From Camelus dromedarius (taxonomy: Eukaryota): 64,000 nt of DNA. Below the pieces are notes generated by a model. The model was given only the letters and a program-made list of their open reading frames with translations. It searched no databases and had not been told where the DNA came from. Shown here piece by piece: positions 25,134 to 39,249 of the stretch (its first letter is position 1; every line of letters starts with the position of its first letter). Position numbers and translations under genes: made by a program. The stretch covers positions 95,916,001 through 95,980,000 of the forward strand of contig NC_087472.1 of NCBI RefSeq assembly GCF_036321535.1. The letters are read 5' to 3'.

Positions 25134-25604
25134 TCCCTGTGAGTCTCATTCTCTCTTGTTCAAAGAGAACTACTGGTTATCATCTTCTGACGAATTCACT
25201 TTATAAATTGAATTGTACTAAAAAAACTTGTCTCTTGACTCTCCTTCAACATTTACTCTTTCTTTAGATACTATTGATGTGATTCTCTCTTACTCTTTCC
25301 AGGTTCACCATGCGCCATTAGAATTGGCAAAGCCTCAAACTTGACTTAATTGTATTAAAAGAACTGACCAGTTCCTACCTGGTTTATAACTTGTATGTAG
25401 CTTAGTTAACGTTCTTCCTTTAAACAAACCAACCAACAGAGAACCTTACTCTATCACTAACAATACAGTCCCTACAATATGAAGTGTGCTTCATTTAGGA
25501 ACACAGAATTTTAGGAATGCTGGTGAAACTAGTGTCTCTGAAAGCAAACACAATTCTATTTTTGACTTTGACAAGTAATATAAAATAATATATTGGAACC
25601 CTAA

Positions 25605-25780
25605 ATTTTAAAGTTGGAAGGAACTTTAGAGCTCTGGCCTAATTCCGCACATTTTATCTGAAGAAAAAGAGGCCCAGGAAAAAGTAAATTCCTTACACGC
25701 TGCCACAGCAACAAGCTGTAGGGCCACGTGGGTCTGTGAACTTGCAGCCCAGCACTCTGCTCTCTGTACCTACTCTGCTT
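25605..25780 (-). mobile_element. MIR/MIR3 SINE
   Basis: agttggaaggaactttagag...cattttatctgaagaaaaagaggcccagg. Confidence 0.6.
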
Positions 25781-25789
25781 AACACATGG

Positions 25790-25985
25790 GTCAGCAGCCG
25801 CACGTGGGCCTTGTGCACTTGAAATCTGCCTAGCCCAAGCTGAGATGTGCTTTAAGTGTAAAATATGCAGTGAATTTCAAAGACCTACTCTAAAAAAGGC
25901 AATAGAAAATATCTAATAATTTAAATATTCATTATAGACTGAAATAGTATTTTGAATATAATGGCTTAAGTAAAATTTATTAGTA
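25790..25985. mobile_element. MER33/MER3-type hAT-Charlie fragment
   Basis: gcacttgaaatctgcctagcccaagctgagatgtgctttaagtgtaaaatat...gaatttcaaagac. Confidence 0.7.
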
Positions 25986-25999
25986 TCCTTCAAATAGTG

Positions 26000-27700
26000 A
26001 TCCCTTATTTTTAAAAATACAAGAAATGTATCATATACACCATTCTAAATCTTGCTTTTTTTTTCTGCTTCAAAGTAGAGGAAATTATACACTATGAGAA
26101 CATATAGACCTGTAATGTTCTTTTCAATGGCGGCACAGAATTCTCCTGTACAATTGTAAAAATTCAATGAATCCTCTTCTGATCAACAATTAGGCTGTTT
26201 TCAGTCTCATAATATTACACATAATAATGCTGCAAGGACTATCCTTGTACAGTACCTTTGACAATATCTGCACATACATCTGTAAGGAGAGATCCTCAAA
26301 CTGGGATTGCTGAGTCAAAAGGTATACATTTTAAAATGTCACAGATGTCACCAAATTGCAGTTCAAAGAGGGCGTATCCATTTCCACACCCACCGTCAGT
26401 GTATGTGAGTACTCCTTTCCCTACACCCTCGCCTATGCGACCTACAATCTAATTTTTGGATCTCTGTCATTCTCTTAGGTGAAAAGTGGTTCATTTGGAC
26501 TTCTGAACTTAAGAGTGAGCTTGAACATCTCTACCTATGTTCAGAAGCCATTTGCATTCCTTCCTCTATGAATGGCCCATTTCTGTCCTTTACCAATTCT
26601 TCTTTCAACTAGGTTATTGGTCTTTTCCTCCTTGATTTGAAACAGTGCTTCATATGTAAAGGAAACTCGTCCTTTATTTGTTATATGGGCTGCAAATATT
26701 TCCCCTCATTCATCATTTCTCTTTTGAATTTATGGGGTGGGTGGGTGGGTGTGTGTGTGTGTGTGTGGTATTTGCCCTACAGAAATTTTTATTTTTTATT
26801 TTTTATTTGTAGTCTAATTTATTGATATTTTCCCCTTGTGGAGTCTGAATTTTGTGTTGTTTCAAAAAGTCTTCCTAACTCTAAGATTATTAAAAATATC
26901 TATTACTTTTATAGTTTCACTAAGTTTAAGTTTTGTCTGGAAATTATTTTAGTGTAGGGAGCAAGGACGAAATTCAACTGTATTATTTTTTCTAGATGAC
27001 TATTCCCTAGTGATATGAACTACCCCATTGTGTAATACTAAATGCAACTTTTAGGTCTATTTCTGGACTTTCTATATGGGCTCTATTAAAATCAGGAGAG
27101 CACCAAAATAATTTTTACTATCCCAAACTCCTAAGTATTTTAATAACTGGTAGGTCACCTTCTTTGTGGGAATTCTCCTGTGATTTTTTTTAAAAATTGA
27201 GGAAGCTTTAAATTTACAGATAAACTTAGAAGAGAACAATGCTAAAATGTTAACAGTCTTAGAGTAGGATATACTTTGCCTCAAGTCTTCTTTTAAGACC
27301 TTCAGTAGCATTTTAAAGTTCACTTTATATATATAGATAAATACGCTGGAGATACAGATATCTATATCTCCAGCGTATTTCCTGTTAAGCTTATTCCTAG
27401 GTATTGAATCCTCTTAGTCATCAGTGTAAATGGTATTTAGTTCTTTCATTATATTTTCTGATTGTTGTTTTAGACCAAAGTTATTCATTTTTAATATTTA
27501 TTTTATAACTAGTAACTTTATTAAATTCTTTTTGTCTGTGTTCGTTTTCTGGTTGAGTTCATTGGGTTTTCTGGGTTTACGTGGATCTGTAAATGATAAT
27601 TTTCCTCTCCTCCCTCCAATTTTTATATACTATTTCTTTGTCCTGTCTAATTACAATACCTAATACTTTTCAAAACTTGGTAGTTATCAACATTTTCATT
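26000..27700 (-). mobile_element. L1ME-type LINE-1 fragment(s)
   Basis: ctgggattgctgagtcaaaaggtatacattt; ttgaacatct...gccatttgcattcc; ctgcaaatattttccc; ttattcctaggtatt. T-rich antisense L1 signature. Confidence 0.8.
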
Positions 27701-28303
27701 GGGCTGCCTCTAGTTATTAGATTTCCCAGGAACCTAGGGCTGTGGACCCAAGAACTAAGCCATCAAAGGATTTCTGCAACTGGAAAAAAAGTAATTGCAT
27801 TAAAATCCTATAGACCTTTGGCTCACAAGGCCTAAAATCAAGTTTGAGGCTGAATTTAATTTAAACATATTAAATACTGACTAAATACTAAAATGGTTCC
27901 TTTTATATTTGAGGAATTAATCCTCTTAAAAGCTCCCTTCCCTAACACACTCCTCTTATCCAATCACTTCTCCTGTCTCTGTCTCTAAGGAAAAAATTAG
28001 TGAACTTAGAGAGATCTCAACTTTGGGGGTCTCAGTCTCTTCTGTCATAAAGAAGGGTACTCTGTTCTAACACAGCACTCCTCTAATTCTGTGACATAAT
28101 TTTGAAAAAACAAACATGAGGTTCCCCATAAGCCTTCATGACTTATCCATAGTGGAGGTTAGGAAAATACAGACTTGTTCCTGTCACTTGATAGTATTTC
28201 CTCTTAACTAAATCTCATGACTCCACCAATATTAAGTCAGGATTTCATGTTGTTTTCGTGCAACTGCTACTCGCTGAGGCGTACACCCTAGTCAGTGTCT
28301 AGG

Positions 28304-28440
28304 GCAGTGCTTCTCAACGTGTCCCTGGACCAGCAGCACCAGGAAACATGTTAGAGAAACAGATTCCCAGGCCCAACCCTAGACCTAGAATCAGACACTC
28401 TGGGGGTGGCACTTAGGAATCCGTGCTTTAGCAAGTCCAC
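28304..28440. mobile_element. MER5A fragment
   Basis: cagtgcttctcaac...ggaccagcagca...tgttagagaaacagattcccaggccc...gaatcagacactctggggg. Confidence 0.8.
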
Positions 28441-28602
28441 CATGGTGTGGCTGTGATGTAAGTGGGAATGTATTTATACAAATAACGTTTAACAAATAAA
28501 AATCATGAGGCTAAATGGAGTACTATATCAAGTTGTAAAACATACAGAAAGATGCCAGGCTGAGGTAGAGTGCTAGCATTACATAAGAAAGGAAAAAAAT
28601 AC

Positions 28603-28618
28603 GTGTGTGTGTGTGTAT

Positions 28619-28652
<34 letters not shown>
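28603..28652. repeat. Interrupted (GT)n microsatellite, 50 bp
   Basis: Read directly; two AT interruptions. Confidence 0.95.
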
Positions 28653-28654
<2 letters not shown>

Positions 28655-30438
28655 ACAGCTGCTGATCCTGACATTTGCCCATTATCCTACCCCTTTCAAA
28701 GCCCAAAATACTCTACGCCCTTCTGAACACTAAGGATTTGAACATATATTCCCAGGGCCTACAATTTCTAAACTGCAAGAAGCATAAAGGAAGAATCCCT
28801 GAGAAAATACCGTCCACCTTAGTAGATGTTTTCATGTGTTACTGAAACAGGTTCAAAGAAAACTTCTTTAGACTCAGCTCCCCAGCTCTCCTGACCTTGC
28901 TCTCTGAATGTTCTAACTCGCCCCTGAAGCTATGTTCATGTCTCACCCATGTGCAGCAAACCTGACGCGCCTCCCACGGACGCTGAGATGATCTTAGGCA
29001 GGCCTGTCCATGCGCTAGCCCACTAACTTACTTCTGACTCCACTCTGGGGCTGAGGAGATGCTGTTGGGAAAAGATTCTCCTTAGCTCTTCATCTGATGT
29101 TTCATATAATAAAACTAAAGAATTTGACTTTGCTGCCTAAGTACAGTCACTGAGTGTTCCTCCAGGAAAGCAGAAAATGGGGCTGATGTAGGCCATTAAT
29201 TAACTAAAACCAGAGAAGTCTCTACATAATCAACTCTCTTTCCCTGGGAACATGCTCAGAAGGCCTTGTATATCAGAAGCCAGCAGAAACTGACATGTCC
29301 ACATGCAGGAGGTCAAACTATGATTGAGGAAGGAAAGCCTTTTGTAACAGATGGGTTTTATAAATTTTGTGGAGAGGACAGGTCTGAGATACTTCACTAC
29401 AAATGTGGCACACAGTTACCAAACACGCAAAAGCCTCCATTGTCAAGGTGCTCCAATACCTGAGGCATTTCCCATGCCAGTATGAAAGGAGGAAGCCCCC
29501 ACTCTACTGTCACGTGTGTCATATCCCAAGAGCGTTAATGATCACAGAAGTACAGGGGTTCAGGTACCTGGAGGGAGATGTAGCTGTTCAGGTGTCCGGC
29601 AAACTGATTCCCTAAGCAGAAAGGACTCGCCTTCATTCAGCCCAGCTTCTACTCTGGCTGCCTATACCAGGAACATCAGGACCAAAACAGTATTTGAAGT
29701 GACTTTTAAAGAGAACCCCCCACCTTGCCCCAGAGAGAGCTGACTTTTTCACATACTGGTGTGAATGAAATTTAATAATCAGATAATTAAATCGAACACT
29801 TCTTAAGGGCAAATAACATGTTGGACCTGTATTTAAAATCTAATTTCAACTGTATCTCTGGGGGAAGGGATCTTTTCATCCGGGAGTGCAAGAGAATGAG
29901 CATGACTCCAAGTGCTGGAGGCCCAGAAGTGCTAACAGAAAAGATGAAGGGTATTTTGAGGATGCAGGAAAGAAGGGAAGAGGAAGAAAGGGAGACAGAA
30001 GGGCAACCACAGGCCAGTCTCTTAGCCCCCAAGGGCTGGGGTCCTATCACTCAGCTTTGAATCCCTAAGGTCTGGTGTAAGGTGTCACACCCTGCAGGAG
30101 CTGAAGAAATGTTCCTTCAATGTTAAACTCATGGAATGCAACCTTATGACACCAAGAGCCATCGACATCAAGATGGCTGAACATACCAGTTTCCCTCAGG
30201 CTAGGATGCTGATGAGAATCCCCAAGCCCTTCCCTTGTAGAAAAGAAGCCCTGCAGCAAAATGAACTGGCTGGAGGTGCTGAAAGCCCTCCCCTCCCCTC
30301 ACAGCAGGTCCCTTTCACCGGGGGAGCCTTTGGTGTGCTCCCCCCTTGGATACTGCAAGTCACACCTACCCTGCCTCTTCCGCAGGATGACACCGTAAGC
30401 ATCATGTGTGACCAATGTTTTAAAATCGCTTTTTAAAA

Positions 30439-30572
30439 TTTAGTTTTACTTGGGGGGGGCAGGTAATTAGGCTTACTTATTCATTTATTCTTAGAGGAGG
30501 TACTGGGGATTGAACCCCGGACCTCATGCATGCTGAGCATGCGCTCTACCATTTGAGCTATAGCCTCCCCCC
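30439..30572 (-). mobile_element. tRNA-Ala-derived SINE (Vic-1-like)
   Basis: Reverse strand reads ggggaggctatagctcaaatggtagagcgcatgctcagcatgcatgaggtccggggttcaatccccagtacctcctctaagaataaat...cctaattacctgccccc, the same family as 9803-9965. Confidence 0.9.
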
Positions 30573-33500
30573 ACCCCGCAAACTGCCTTAAAACTGTAAA
30601 GACTTGTGAACAAGGGTAATTCCCATGTATGTGCACTCAGGTCTTCTTTCCTGACAATAAACAGCACGGTATTCGTGGGTCTTTTTTCTTAAAGTCATAT
30701 TTAAAATATTTTGTTGGGATGCCAAGAGGCCATAGCCTGGTGACGGATTACTCAGGGATGACGATATGATCCATTTTACTTGGAAAATGGAAAACAGCGC
30801 ATCTTCTCCCCGTCTCTTTCTTAGCAGACAACTCGGTGATGACTGTGTTAATTCAATAATGGATAGATAACCAAAAGGTAAATTTCCTTGGTTGATGTGA
30901 AATTACATTTTTAGAAAGATTACGCTTGAAGTTAAAAAAAAAAATTCCCATCACCCACTTCCTTACGGGTAACAAGGCTTTTCTGCTGGAAATCAGGTTC
31001 TTCAGAGACTTCCACGTCATTGTGACTCTCACCTCTTCTCAAGGTTTCTCAACGTGTACAACCATGGGACGTAAGACCGCACCTCAAGCTGTTTATCCTC
31101 AGATGATTTTTAGTTCCACTGTACAATGAGCAGTTTATGAAATATTCTGGAAGTATGTAAGCCCTGTCTGAAAGCTCCAAAACAATCTGGAACATCATCT
31201 GTGCTGACCGAGGAATGAAAATATGAGAACACAACCTTCCACTAAACAACCAAAATGACTCTCCCTGTTTGCCCACGAAGAGAAGCCCAGCATTATTTAA
31301 CCTTTTCCCTAACACGGACAACATTAAGAAACACTTCACCTATGAATTTAGCAGACTAAAAGCAAGCTTGAACTGGAAATGCCACAGAGAACTGCCATTA
31401 TGTTCATAATTCAACTCTCTGTTATTCAATACAACCTGAGAGGCAGCATTTGTAGCGCACAAAATGTGAACTACACATTTCTGAAAGGTCATGGGAACAC
31501 TAGGAGACAAGAATCAAGTGAATTAGTGAAAATGAATTCAGTGCAGATTTCTACATTCAGTCAAACTTAATACAGTTTCTTACTAACAAGGTACCATCAA
31601 TCTCTCAGAAATGGTGAGCTGTAACATTAAAATAACTTACTAAATATTCCATATAACAGTTTGGATTCTTCCCTCCACGAGGCATATAAAAGGTTTTCCT
31701 TTCCCTCCATGTGTACGATTTGTTGTTTGCCTTAAAAAATCATTCCCTGAAATGCATTTTCCTTCTAATTAAGAACCTCGGTGACTCAGCAGCTAAGACA
31801 ATGGAATCTAAGAGAGCTGAGAGATTTAGCTTGATATTAAATTTTATTTTCGTTACCCTTAAAATACATATTTTTTAAAGTAACTATTAACATTAATGTA
31901 AGTTGCTTTGTAAAAAGAACATGCATGTATATTTTGGGATAAAATAAAACCTCATACTTTATAAAGGTTTCATGTATTTAAAAAAATACAGAAAGTCATT
32001 TCAAGTAGAAAACTAGCTTACATTCTTTTGGAAGAACACATTAAATTAAAATCTCAAGGCCAAGGAGACAAAGGAAAGACCAAGTTCATATAATGGTGTT
32101 AGGGAGCCAGGAATCCATGGTACAAATGAGACTAGAATTTTCTAAATAACTCTAGATACTCCTTCGAGGATTATTTCCAAGCTAAAAACTTCATGAAATA
32201 AATACAAAGACTGTAACACTGTAATTCCTAAAAAACTGGAGGATGTCCTATGCATATTTTTAAAAACCCACTAAACTGGAAAGGGGTAAAAAATGAGTCA
32301 TTTCACTGGCAAACCTACTCAAGTTTTCCCCAAAAAACTGAACACATGATAGACTTGAATAAAAATTAGAAATGTCAAAATGATTAAATCACTTGCACAA
32401 ATTTCAAGAAACATCTAGTTTATTGAGATATTGATGCTATATATATAAAATGAGTATGAAAATTTTAAATTAATAGCTTGAACTATTTTGTTTATTTTAG
32501 CTTTGTATTCAAACTAGCTCATAATCTATATTAATTTTTTAAATCAAATGGAAAAATTGTTTTGTCATTAAAGCAGCACATTTGGGCAAATCTGGTCTAT
32601 TTTACTAGTCTATTTTAAAATAATTTAAGAAATAAGAAGTATAAAGATAAAAATCTTAATATGCAGTTTGGTAAAGTTCAAGTCAGTCTTTGAACAACAC
32701 GTTTATCTATCCAGTAAAGCTTGTGTTAATGCGATAAGAGTTTGGCAAATTCAACTTTAATGGAGCATAAAAGTGCTTTTGCTTGAAAGTGAGATCATTT
32801 TTAAAAATTCAAAGCATGATCACTTTTTCCTTTTTTTCGTAGGAACAATCTGATACAAGCAGCAAAGCTTAAATAAACTAGAAACATTTCAAATGATCCA
32901 TAAAGGATTAATAAGCACTGCAGGAAGTCCTATAGGCTCAGCGTATACGTTTTCCATCTCTTCCCCCCATGATGGGCATGATACGAAATTCTAAACAGAA
33001 GTGAAGTTTCAAAGTCCCTGAATGTTAAAGGGCTCTCGTGTTGAGGTGAGAGGTCGCAACTGAGGGCTCTCTAATTTGAAATGGATCAAAATTATGATGG
33101 TATTAGGACAAGAACCATTCCAATTTGGACATTCAGTTAAAAAGGCCTTCTTGCTGAGGGCAATAGCCAGTGGTCAGAAGCAAAACTAAGGCAAAAGGAG
33201 CAGTGGGAAGGTGCGGGCCACTAATACAACAGGAGCAAAATGACAGCTATTATTTGGGCAGAGATAATCTATGCTGAAACACAAAACACACACGCACACA
33301 ATTTCTTTCAATACCATTTCTTGTCTTCCCACTGACTTCTGTGATTACCACAGAAAGCAGGGTTCTAAACACATTTCTCAATTGAATCCTCAATCAATAA
33401 TAGTAAAAAATTCAGATGGAAGATATGGGAAAATGCATTATGGCATTAGTAAACTGTTTGCAAAATAGGCTGAACTTATCAATATGCACAGAAGTTGATG

Positions 33501-33813
33501 AGAAGAAACCTCAATACCTGAAACAGAGCATATTTTTGTCACCCCAAAGCTCACACTGCCTGTGTCCATCAAATCAAAATTCTTCTTTGTTCTTAGGTTA
33601 GGCAATCTTACTTCATAATCCTTACAACGACTAGTTCTTCAAGAATAAATATACCTCATAAGAAATTCCCTGCCTGAAACAAAAATGTTAACAGCCCACC
33701 AAAAGTTACAAAGGCCTATTTTCTATGAAATATAAAATGCCAAATTTTCCTTAACAATAAACATAATTACAACTCAGCACAGGATCCGAAGTTAAAGTCA
33801 GTAAGGAAAAATT

Positions 33814-33862
33814 AAAAAAAAAAAAAAAAAAAAAAAGAAATAACGAGAAAGAAAAAAAAAAA
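33814..33862. repeat. Poly(A)/A-rich tract
   Basis: A run of about 23 followed by A-rich extension. Confidence 0.9.
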
Positions 33863-34434
33863 TCAGGAAGACCACAGCCTTTTAGTAAGTGCCCAGGTTT
33901 ACTACTGGAGTAAATACATACTCAGGGCAAGGCAAAACAGTCCTTAGTTTTTATATAGACTTTAGAATATGCATATTTTTCAACCTCTGGTGTTATAGTA
34001 GTTCCTTGATAGAAGCATAAATCATTCATGCTACCACAATGAGATTTACTTCCTTAACATGAAATGCAAATAGTAAATGAGAAGAGTGACATTTAACAAT
34101 ACCAATGAATGTTGGGATCAACAAGAGGAAAGCTTAAAAACAGAGAGACAAAAAAAGAATCCGTCTCGAGTCAATAGCCTTCCACGGATGTACTGCAGAA
34201 CTTCTCATGTCTCAGTCATCTCTGCGGACACCAAGAGCCCTGACTGAGGCTCTGGAGATTTTATTGCCAATTCACGTTACCATTAGCAGATGGTTAAAAG
34301 AAATGAGGTTGAAGCAGTAAGACTAAATGATACATTCAATCATTTACTGAACACCTATTTTGTTCTTAGAATGTTCCAGTAACTTGATAGGGCAGGATGC
34401 AAACTGTCACTCTTATGTGTAGGTTTTTTGACAA

Positions 34435-34650
34435 GAGTAAATGGACTTTCAATCAGAGAGGCCCAAATTTAAATCCCAGCTCTACAAGGTATTATCCTTG
34501 TAACACTGGCTGAGTTTCTTCTTACAAGATTCAGCTTCCTTATCTGGAAAAACAGAAAAAGTATCACCTACCTTCACAGGGTTGCTACCAGAATTCAGTG
34601 ATACCATGTAGGTAAAAAATGCTTAGCAAAGTGTTAGTTCCAAAATTACT
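34435..34650 (+). mobile_element. MIR SINE
   Basis: tttaaatcccagctctac...tcagcttccttatctggaaaa...cctaccttcacagggttgct. Confidence 0.7.
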
Positions 34651-34759
34651 TGTCTCTTCTTTCTCCCACTCTCTAGAAGTCTAAAAACTTTTAGGAAACC
34701 AAATTATTTGCCAAATGAAACAATACAACCACAACAGACTGTATAAAAGAAGTTGTGGG

Positions 34760-35150
34760 AGAAAAGTTCTACATTCAAAGTTCTCTAGGAATTCAGAGGG
34801 GAAAAATCCTCTCACAGCTGTAATGTCAACAGAAGGCTTCCTGGAACCGAGATAGACTTGGGTCATGAAGGTTGAGAAGACATTAAACAGAGATGGCAAG
34901 TGGGCAAGAACAATCCCAGTAGTTGCGAGAAAATAAGGAGGTCTGTCTGGAGTAATGGGATCTGACAGCATCATTGGATGCAAGGGTCTGTGGAGAGGGA
35001 AGGCTGGATTATATAATGTCTCAAATGCCAGAATAAAGAGTTTGGCTAGGATTCTACAGATTTAATTAAGCCATGGCGGCACTCATGAGTGTGTATAAAT
35101 TGTGTCCATTACTTTCTAGACTGGACTAGAAAAGAGAACAGGATGTTTAC
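34760..35150 (-). mobile_element. LINE-2 fragment
   Basis: cagaaggcttcctgga...aatgccagaataaagagtttgg, a purine-rich antisense L2 pattern. Confidence 0.5.
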
Positions 35151-38100
35151 CTACAGAGCCAAGGTCCAAAAACAGTCCAAATCTCTTTGGCTTATAGAGA
35201 GTATAATCTAACCCACAAAGGGGACCCATGATTTAAAAAGAGAGGTCCAGGAAAACAAAAATGAAAGCTGAAAATCTTGAAGAAATGAGACTGAATCATC
35301 AATTACAGAGTCCAAAGAAATGAAAGGGAGATAGGAGTGACACTGACAAATACTAAAAAGAAAGCACAAAAGAAGATGGCTGTACTCATGGGCCGTTCAA
35401 CAGGGGCGTGGAGTGGGCACTAAGGCCTAGAACAGAGGGAAGGAGGTTTCGATTAGTCCTGGAGGAAAACTTGTGAGGATAAGAAGGCAGCCCAGTAAGT
35501 GACTGCAGTAGCTCCATTAATGCAAAATATTCAAAAGATTTTCAAAGCACAGTGGCAGAAAGATAGATTTCTCAAGATACAGTGTTTTCGCCTGGGTGAC
35601 CTGCAGACGACATGCTCGTTCTACAATTTATGACTTTTGGATTAAAGCTGGGAGAGGGGGGTGTCTTTCCAGACATGGAGAGCCCTTAATGATAGCACTG
35701 CTACAAAACTGCACAGTGATCAAAGTTACTGAACTAAGAAAAACCTCGGCAAGTACTCCCTCAATTATTTCGGCCCTTGGGCATTTCGATGGGAAACTAC
35801 TCATTGATATTATTCTTTTTCCAACATTCATTTTATAGAATATCAAGACAGAGTCAAATGTTGACTTGCTATGGTAAATAGAGGGGAAAAAAGCCTGCTT
35901 TGATTTCCTTTCCTTTATTACCACCTTGGTTTTGTGTTTTAGAATGTCGATTATGCCTGAAAAGAGAGTGGAGGACAGCGGGGCACGCTCATCTCTTCAA
36001 TGAAGACGAAAGATAGCAGCGATTTCATTCTGTTGTGGGAGTGTTACCCCCGCTTAATTCTCTCACCATCATATTAAACTGTGATTTGCAACAGGGTCCT
36101 GAGAAACGTATTATATATCACTCGTTAGTCTAAAAGAATTAGAAAGTGATTACAGGGAAAGGATAAAAATAGGGCAAAAATGTTTTTGTGTTTTTAGACC
36201 AGCTAAAATTTTCAGAGTTTAAAATGACTAGAAAGGCAAACTGTAAGGTATTCAGAAGGAAAACGTGAATGTTTTCGCAAAGGCATTATTAACAATTAAT
36301 AATCATTACACTGGTGCCTTGTTTACCTGACCTTGTGTAAATTCAGCAGCCTGGTAATTAGACCCATATTTTGCACATTTGTATATTTCCATGCATGGAT
36401 TTGACTCATTCATTCATCCATTAAAATTTGCTTGACAGACGTAGATGAATAATCAAGCTACAATTTGTATTTACTGGATTATAGAAAATTGCCCAAACTG
36501 TTAAGTTCAAGGAAAGCGCATTCTTGTCTCTCTCTTGTGACTGATGTAAAAGTAATTACACATCAGAGGACTGCCCCAAAGCTCTCAGAAGAAGTGGCAC
36601 TGCTTTTGCAATCTGGGGTCTTTTACAGTTACCTTTTTTTCCCTGAACATAAAGACTTTTTAAAGATTAACTCTAACAGAAGGAGGAAAATAACCCTGTG
36701 CAAGTAAGTTTATTATCATTTAGCTCATTGCACTGCAACGTTACATTAAAAAGCAATGTTTTGATCAACCTTCTACAGCCAAAATAAACAATAATGCACC
36801 TTTATCCTGCAAAGATTGTATAGGCAGTGCAAGTTTTGAAGAGGAGAAATAAGGCAACTTTTGGCGAGGATAGGTTTATGACAAAAACTCCACCCTTACT
36901 CTCCTTAGAAAACAAACATCAACAACAAAACCTCACCAAACCTCTTCCTACTAGCAATCAGTGAGAAACAAAGGAACTCTGAGATCTCATTATTAATGCA
37001 TTTTCACGCAAAGAAGCAGAACACATCTTAATGCCAGCTGCTCCCTAAATTCTGATGTTCGATACTAGCCAAACACGCTGTCATATGGAGCTGTATTTTA
37101 CACATTTATTTTGCTTTTGCAGTCACTAACCGAACCATCGCTAATACACGTTTTCTGGTCCAAGGTACAGTACTTCTTTTACACAGCTGAAGATACAACA
37201 ATTTTGCTGTCTTAAATCCATCCCTTCAAACTGCTTATTTTGATTGTCTACTTTAGAAGAATAGGAGTGATTCCTGACTTTTAAACAAATGTGTGTGTGT
37301 GTATAACCAGCATTATCGGATTTTTAACAACCTCTTAGATCATAAATCTAATTTTATAAAAATATATGTAAAGAGGCAACTATACTTTTATATAATCTTT
37401 ACTATGGACATTTAGCTCCACAGCTGAGAAATAAGTAAGAATTGCTTAGAACCTGTTTTCATAAACACTGTAGTAATGTTTATGCAGCTCAAAATCTGGC
37501 TTGAAGCAGACGGTCTGGATAGGCAACAATGAGCCATCATAAGTGCTTTACTTACAAATGCAACACACAAAAAGGTTCCCCAAAGTCCCAAAACACGCAT
37601 GATTCTTTTTTTTCCAACATTATCAAACCTAGTTTGTTTCTTCTTAACGGTCCATCTTTTCTTCCTATAAAATAAATGTCCTGATGGGTATTCGACATTA
37701 ACTTCTGGTATGATGGCCTGAAATCGCCTAAAAGATCACCAAAGAACCAGGTAAAACATTAGCTTAGAAAATGAGTTGTTCTTACAACCCACATGCCTCT
37801 AAGCACAGAAATGGGAATTTAGATGCTGCTAGTGTGTGTGACTTCACATAAAACCGAGTGTCTGCTGAGTCCACAGTATTGTAATAGGCGTTTCAGGGGT
37901 CTCGCATCATGGTCTTGGCAGTTTAATATGTTAAAATAACTTTGATTTTAAAGTCAAACACAAAAGCTATTTGCCTGACTCTTGGCTTCAGCAGAAACAA
38001 CGAGGGGGTTGTTCAGAGGATTTTGAAGGTGGAGGGAGTGGGGGTGGGGAACTACTGGCCCAGGAGTCAGACGCTGCTCAGGCAGAGCTGCTACCCAGTG

Positions 38101-39249
38101 TGTGCCTGGCGTAATGCCCTTTCCCTTTGGTTTATTATCTGTTTGGTTGGTTGGTTTTTGCAAGGTTCCCAGTGTTGCAAATTGCACTGCACTCTACCTG
38201 TTAAAGAAAAGGTGAGGAAAGTAGCAAAAAAAAAAGTACAGCTGTTCTATCAATTGCTAGTGATGGTCTGACAAAAATGTCATCTCAACTCGTGTCCATT
38301 CCCTTGCTCCAGCTTATTCCCACAGAATTGCTTTTACCAACTTAAGAATAGAAACGAGACGCTGATTATTGTCCGAAAATATTTAATTCTGTATCAAATT
38401 CAAGTTCTCTTTTAAACTTGGATCTGACGAGCTTTTGTGAGGCCCCCTCCAGAAGTCTGGATCTCACATTCTATTATCGGCCACTTTTCTACCTTTCCTG
38501 ACTTTCCATAACTTGTCACCAGCACCACTGAGAATGATGACCAATAAATAGGACAACTCTCTTAACAGGAGGCAAAAGCCAGCTAGGCCCTTACTCTTCT
38601 GCAAGAGCGCATCTGTGTATGCGAGGGCTAGGGAAGAGCACACCCGAACAAATACCCACGAGTACACATGTGGTGCTAAGGGCTTCTCAAAACTGCATGA
38701 CTGCATGTCTGCTCGGTTAGCTATGCTGTTAACAGAAAAAAGGTATGACTGCCCAGTGTTACGAGAGCTTACACCAACAGGAGTTTCAAAACCAGCCCTG
38801 CCACTAAGAAGCCAGTTTTCTGGTCATGGTCTGGGGGACAGGAAGAGTACTACTAGATAAAAGGTTAAGATCAATACCACATCCTATGTGAAAATACGCA
38901 GTGTATGTGTGTGTCCTGCATTTTATACATACACACAAAACCTCGATATTCCTAAGGTGATTGAAATTTAAATCGTGAAAGAGACTGAAGCTGATATTCC
39001 AGAAAATACTGTCTACTAAGTGTAGAGACATTAATAATAAAAAACCGGAGCTGGCTATTCTACTAAACACAAACGCTGCACCCACAGCCTTTCTGAAGGT
39101 TCAATTCCCTCCTCGCTCAGATAAACAAGTCCTGGGACTGCCGTGTCCCTGGGGCTCTGCTCCACACTAGCTGGTGCAGCCTGCGTTCACCCAGAGCCTG
39201 CCCGTCCATGCAGGAGAGAGCTGCTTGTCCCCTGCGTGCACAGGGATTA

